Part shown: one piece after another, positions 59,760 through 64,000 of the stretch
Position numbering within the stretch: the first letter of the stretch is position 1
Layout: the number at the start of each line of letters is the position of its first letter
From: Fidelibacterota bacterium
GTDB lineage: Bacteria > Fidelibacterota > Marinisomatia > SCGC-AAA003-L08 > JACNLC01
Assembly: GCA_014381725.1 (NCBI GenBank)
Contig: JACNLC010000085.1
Coordinates: forward strand, 12,569 to 76,568
Direction: 5' to 3'
DNA: 64,000 bases
Made by a program: the position numbers and the translations under genes
The notes under the pieces: model-generated
Seen by the model: only the letters and a program-made list of their open reading frames with translations
Told to the model about the DNA's origin: nothing
Database searches by the model: none

Positions 59760-61546
59760 TGAAAAATAAATTACTATCAATAATCATCTTAATTGCAATA
59801 TGGAATTGCGGAACTCTAACCAAAACTTCCTCATCTCCGGAAATTACTATTGAAGAATTACGAGAGCATATTGGATTTTTGGCATCGGACTCACTAAAAG
59901 GACGGAAACCAGGAACTCCCGAAGGTAGAATCTCTGCAGAATACATCACAGAGCAAATTAAAAATTGTGGATTCCAGCCAATAGGTGATAATGGTTGCCA
60001 GTATTTTGAAGTTGTTACATCTTTGAATTTAGGAATAAATAATTCTCTCAACTTTGGAAATTTCACAGGTGTTATCAACACAGATTTTACTCCACTGGGA
60101 TTTACCGCAAACGCATCTGTTTCTGCTCCAGTAGTTTTTGCTGGATATGGATTTAACATAAACGAAGATTCTCTAAAGTGGAACGATTATTCTAATATTG
60201 ATGCATACGGGAAATTGGTTATTATTCTAAGAGGTGATCCTGAACTTGAAAATTCGGAAAGCAAATTTATCCCATATTCTTCCGAAAGAAAAAAAGTGAT
60301 GATTGCACAAGATTTTGGTGCGGTTGGAGTTTTATTTGTTTCAGGTAATGAAATGGATGAGCAAGATGAACTATTACCACTAATTTATGATCAAGTTCCA
60401 TCTAGAGCTGAAATTTCTGCTATTCATATTACGCGAAATGTTGCCAATCAACTTTTGGGAAATTCATCTACTACAATTTCGGATTTAGAAGCAACGCTAA
60501 ATGCAAATAGAAATCCAATTTCTTTTGAGATTAATCAAATTATCAACGCTCAAACAGATGTTCAATTAACACCGGTAACAACACAAAATGTAGTTGCAGT
60601 TTTGCCTGGCTCTGACCAAATTTTAAAAGACGAATATATTCTATTGGGAGCTCATTATGACCATCTCGGATTTGGCGGCCCAGGAACAAGTTCAAGAACA
60701 CCGGAGCTTCACGAAATACACAATGGTGCGGATGATAATGCGTCAGGAGTTGCAGCAATTATTGAATTAGCAGAGAAACTTTCTGCTAATAGAAATAACA
60801 TAAAACGGAGTATTTTATTTATGTCTTTCGGAGCAGAAGAAATGGGACTTCTCGGTTCTAAATACTTTACTAAAAATCCGTTAATAGATTTAGAACAAAT
60901 AAAACTGGTTTTCAATCTTGATATGGTTGGTCGGCTGAAGCCTGATTCAAAAGAACTTATCATTGGCGGCACTGGAACAGCACCCGAAATGGAAGAATTT
61001 CTGAATACTCACTCATCTGAAAATTACTTTATTCCAAAATTTTCTCCGGGAGGTTATGGGCCATCCGACCACGCTTCATTTTACTTGAAAGACATTCCAG
61101 TTCTGTTTTTCTTTACAGGAGTTCACGATGAATATCATACTCCTGCTGATGATATTGAAAAAATCAATTTTGAAGGTGAAAAGCACATTGTAGATTTTGT
61201 TTACAGCTTGATTATGGATGCCACAAATCGCGAAACTAATCTTACATTCCAAGAATCCGGTCCAAAGGGGAATTCCGGCACTCGCAAAAAATACAAAGTG
61301 AAACTTGGAGTTGTTCCTGATTTCACATTTTCCGGTAATGGGTTTGGAATTGATGATGTTGTTGAAAATGGTCCTGCTCATATTGGAGGAATGCAAAAAG
61401 GTGATGCAATCATTTCAATGGAAGGGAAATCTGTCAGCAATATCTATGATTATATGAATCGATTGGCCGATTTCAAAGTTGGACAACGAATTAGCATAGA
61501 AGTGTTGAGAAATAATGAAAAAATAATTTTAATAGTTGATTTATAA
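59759..61546 (+). CDS. M28 peptidase with PA and PDZ domains, lipoprotein
   Basis: GAHYDHLG, NGADDNASG, AEEMGLLGS, SDHASF, YHTPAD, and a C-terminal PDZ domain. Confidence 0.92.
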   Translation: MKNKLLSIIILIAIWNCGTLTKTSSSPEITIEELREHIGFLASDSLKGRKPGTPEGRISAEYITEQIKNCGFQPIGDNGCQYFEVVTSLNLGINNSLNFGNFTGVINTDFTPLGFTANASVSAPVVFAGYGFNINEDSLKWNDYSNIDAYGKLVIILRGDPELENSESKFIPYSSERKKVMIAQDFGAVGVLFVSGNEMDEQDELLPLIYDQVPSRAEISAIHITRNVANQLLGNSSTTISDLEATLNANRNPISFEINQIINAQTDVQLTPVTTQNVVAVLPGSDQILKDEYILLGAHYDHLGFGGPGTSSRTPELHEIHNGADDNASGVAAIIELAEKLSANRNNIKRSILFMSFGAEEMGLLGSKYFTKNPLIDLEQIKLVFNLDMVGRLKPDSKELIIGGTGTAPEMEEFLNTHSSENYFIPKFSPGGYGPSDHASFYLKDIPVLFFFTGVHDEYHTPADDIEKINFEGEKHIVDFVYSLIMDATNRETNLTFQESGPKGNSGTRKKYKVKLGVVPDFTFSGNGFGIDDVVENGPAHIGGMQKGDAIISMEGKSVSNIYDYMNRLADFKVGQRISIEVLRNNEKIILIVDL

Positions 61547-61586
61547 TATAAGCTACAATTTTCACAAATATACACGAATATTATTG

Positions 61587-62612
61587 ATGACAATTAACAA
61601 AAAATCAAAAAACGAACGAAAAACACTATACCAATGGACAGTCAGAAATTCTGTTCAACTTGGAGTGTTGCTCATTACCATTTTTATCGGGATACAATTT
61701 TATCTATATGTTCAGCAGGTTGTTGATGGCGATGTCATAACAATTTCACGACCTCCGGGAGTTGAAGGATTTCTACCAATCGGTTCACTAATTGGTCTTA
61801 AATATTGGTTATCAACCGGAACATGGGATTCAATTCACCCAGCAGGGATTGTAATTATGGGGTTTGCAATGCTAATCTCTTTATTCTTCAAAAAGGCATT
61901 TTGCGGGTGGTTTTGTCCCGTTGGAACAATATCAGAATGGTTATGGAAACTCGGGCGGAAAATATATGGAAAAAACTATCAGTTATCAAAATGGTTAGAT
62001 ATTCCACTAAGGAGCATTAAATATCTATTGATGCTGTTTTTTGTGTGGGCAATTTTGAAAATGAGCATCCCTGCATTAGCGGAATTTTTACAACTTCCAT
62101 ATTGGAAAGTTTCTGATGTGAAAATGTTGGCATTTTTCACTGATATGTCATTGGTTACTGGGATAATTCTAATTTATTTGGTTTTTATGTCATTGCTCAT
62201 TCGGAATTTCTGGTGCAGATATTTATGTCCCTATGGAGCATTTGTTGGATTGTTTTCGCTAATAAGTCCAACAAAAATTAAAAGAAATGAAGAATCGTGT
62301 ATTGACTGTAATCTTTGCGAACAGGCGTGTCCTGCATATTTGCCGGTGGACAAAAAATCGCAAATTTTAAGTGCAGAATGCACTGGGTGTATTTCGTGCA
62401 CTGAAGTTTGCCCTGTAAAAGATACACTCGAATTTCAGATGATTGGAGTAAAATCCAATTTTTGGTCACCCACAAAAATATCAATAGTTGTAGTTGGTGG
62501 CTTTCTTTTGTTTTTGGTTCTTGCCAGACTCACCGACCACTGGAACAGTTCTGTAACTCCAGATGAATTACAGAAGTTAATCCCGTTTATGGACGGGTTT
62601 GAGCATATTTAG
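61587..62612 (+). CDS. Membrane polyferredoxin (YccM/NapH-like 4Fe-4S protein)
   Basis: FCGWFCP, WCRYLCP, CIDCNLCEQACP, CTGCISCTEVCP. Confidence 0.88.
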   Translation: MTINKKSKNERKTLYQWTVRNSVQLGVLLITIFIGIQFYLYVQQVVDGDVITISRPPGVEGFLPIGSLIGLKYWLSTGTWDSIHPAGIVIMGFAMLISLFFKKAFCGWFCPVGTISEWLWKLGRKIYGKNYQLSKWLDIPLRSIKYLLMLFFVWAILKMSIPALAEFLQLPYWKVSDVKMLAFFTDMSLVTGIILIYLVFMSLLIRNFWCRYLCPYGAFVGLFSLISPTKIKRNEESCIDCNLCEQACPAYLPVDKKSQILSAECTGCISCTEVCPVKDTLEFQMIGVKSNFWSPTKISIVVVGGFLLFLVLARLTDHWNSSVTPDELQKLIPFMDGFEHI

Positions 62613-62623
62613 GAAAAGATTTT

Positions 62624-63361
62624 TTACCAACTCCATACTAAATCAAAGACAGGAACAATATCCAAATCTTTTCCGTCAGTATATTCTCCATACACTAATT
62701 TATAACCCACAGCAGTTTGAAATCTATTTGACTTATTCCAAATTAACATAGATTTATGCTCAATAAATGTGGTGTTTGTGTCTTCTGGCAGATAAAAAAT
62801 ATCAACATCGGCTAAAATGTCCAACTTGCCAAAACTATGTCTAATATCCAGTCCTGAATTAAATCCGTGGCCATTGTAGAAAACATTTAGTCTTTGATAA
62901 ATCGTTGGAAATTCAATTTCAGTTCGTGAATCTAACTCACCTCCAAATTTAGTTGCAATTGAAAATCCTGCTTTTGCGGTGATTATGGTCGAGCTGAAAG
63001 ATTTTGTAACCAAAAGTTCCTGCCTTATCGATACCATATGTGGAATTCCCGGTATTGTTGGGTCTGGTGCAATCAATCCACCGGATCCTTCCCGAGTTAA
63101 TAATCTTAAAAGATAGGTCGGATAGTAAATTGAAAAGCGTGCAGCCGTGCCATCACCAACCTTATTTTTGATTGTTAAATTTGGCATTAAGAAAAATGCT
63201 AATGGATGAGTAGATAGCTCAACTTTTTCGGTCATCCCATATTTTAATGGTTGAAATAGTCCTACCTCAAATTGTCCTTTAGGAATAGTATTCGCAGTTT
63301 CTGAATTAGATAATGCTAAAATAAATGATAATGAAATTAATAATAATATTGTGTTTTTCAT
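62624..63361 (-). CDS. Hypothetical secreted or outer-membrane protein
   Basis: Signal peptide, ETANTIPKGQFEVGLF, aromatic C-terminus. Confidence 0.6.
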   Translation of the reverse strand: MKNTILLLISLSFILALSNSETANTIPKGQFEVGLFQPLKYGMTEKVELSTHPLAFFLMPNLTIKNKVGDGTAARFSIYYPTYLLRLLTREGSGGLIAPDPTIPGIPHMVSIRQELLVTKSFSSTIITAKAGFSIATKFGGELDSRTEIEFPTIYQRLNVFYNGHGFNSGLDIRHSFGKLDILADVDIFYLPEDTNTTFIEHKSMLIWNKSNRFQTAVGYKLVYGEYTDGKDLDIVPVFDLVWSW

Positions 63362-63362
63362 C

Positions 63363-64000
63363 TTAATTCTCCAGTGATAATGTTGAGGTCAACGGTGCAT
63401 GATCAGATAAATCCATTGTTTCTTGATGTGTTGAATCTGAATTTTCTACCCAAGTTAAATTTGTAAACAAATAATCTAGTTTTCGGCTCCAAAAACCTTC
63501 AGGTGGACCTTGAACAGTATGAGAATAATGGTTAAATTGTGTTTCTTCAGTTGTTCCATATTTATCCAAAGTTACTGCGGGTTCATAATCTGTGTAGAAC
63601 TCATCTAACCACTCAGATTCTTCAGAATAATCGTCACCTTGAAAATCTTCATCCTCACAAATACTATCATCAAATTCGTTCACTTTTATTGTGTTTGGAG
63701 GTAACGAATTAAAATCTCCACCTGCTATAAATAATTCATCTGAACTATCCAAAAAATCAAGTTCATCTTTGAATTGATCTAGTTGCAATTTTTTTGTGCC
63801 ATCGTTCGAATAGGCAGATGCGTGTATATTTAATGCCCACAAATTATCATAGCCAAGCAAATCAATTTTTGCCTTCAAAATGTTTCGTTTGAGATAAAAA
63901 TACTGAGTCAGAGCATCATCTTCTGAAATGAGCGGTAAGGCAATTCTCTCTGCATCAGTAAGTGCCCATTTTGACAAAATTGCATTCCCAGATTCCATCT
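63363..64000 (-). CDS. Endonuclease/exonuclease/phosphatase family protein, C-terminal part
   Basis: GNAILSK, NIH, GGDFN, LDYLF, SDH. Confidence 0.85.
   Translation of the reverse strand, partial: MESGNAILSKWALTDAERIALPLISEDDALTQYFYLKRNILKAKIDLLGYDNLWALNIHASAYSNDGTKKLQLDQFKDELDFLDSSDELFIAGGDFNSLPPNTIKVNEFDDSICEDEDFQGDDYSEESEWLDEFYTDYEPAVTLDKYGTTEETQFNHYSHTVQGPPEGFWSRKLDYLFTNLTWVENSDSTHQETMDLSDHAPLTSTLSLEN

Noticed and set aside
1963..62484. Numerous short ORFs in the track that overlap long genes on the opposite strand or in another frame
   Set aside because: They are shadows of well-supported CDSs with no recognisable motifs.

Overview
AT-rich bacterial chromosomal segment. It is most likely from an FCB-group lineage such as Ca. 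Marinimicrobia, inferred from the YPNPFNP-type C-terminal sorting domains and gene content. Housekeeping genes include valS (partial), nfeD-floA, coaE, adk, cdd, etfBA-fadF, iscX, copA, selD, resB/ccsA, lpxH, radA and tgt. They are interleaved with many peptidases: rhomboid, M23, S8, C10, two M1, M16, two TldD/TldE pairs, an Omp85-fused zincin and M28. Several features are missed by the ORF track: (1) selD is a selenoprotein with an in-frame UGA and a SECIS-like hairpin. (2) A 28-bp GTAG-type REP palindrome is translated in frame at the same position in three of four secreted-protein sorting domains, two of which share a near-identical 115-bp block. 7-mer and 9-mer repeats also encode parts of their linkers and one signal peptide. 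(3) A ~232-bp direct duplication brackets a small insert and creates a zinc-ribbon/Ig-tail fusion frame. (4) There are small hidden ORFs: a NupC C-terminal relic, a 36-aa membrane peptide coupled to fadF and an orphan signal peptide. (5) One porin resembles Leptospira OmpL1. I found no rRNA, tRNA, CRISPR array, transposase, integrase or reverse transcriptase. All calls are by eye, with no database searches.
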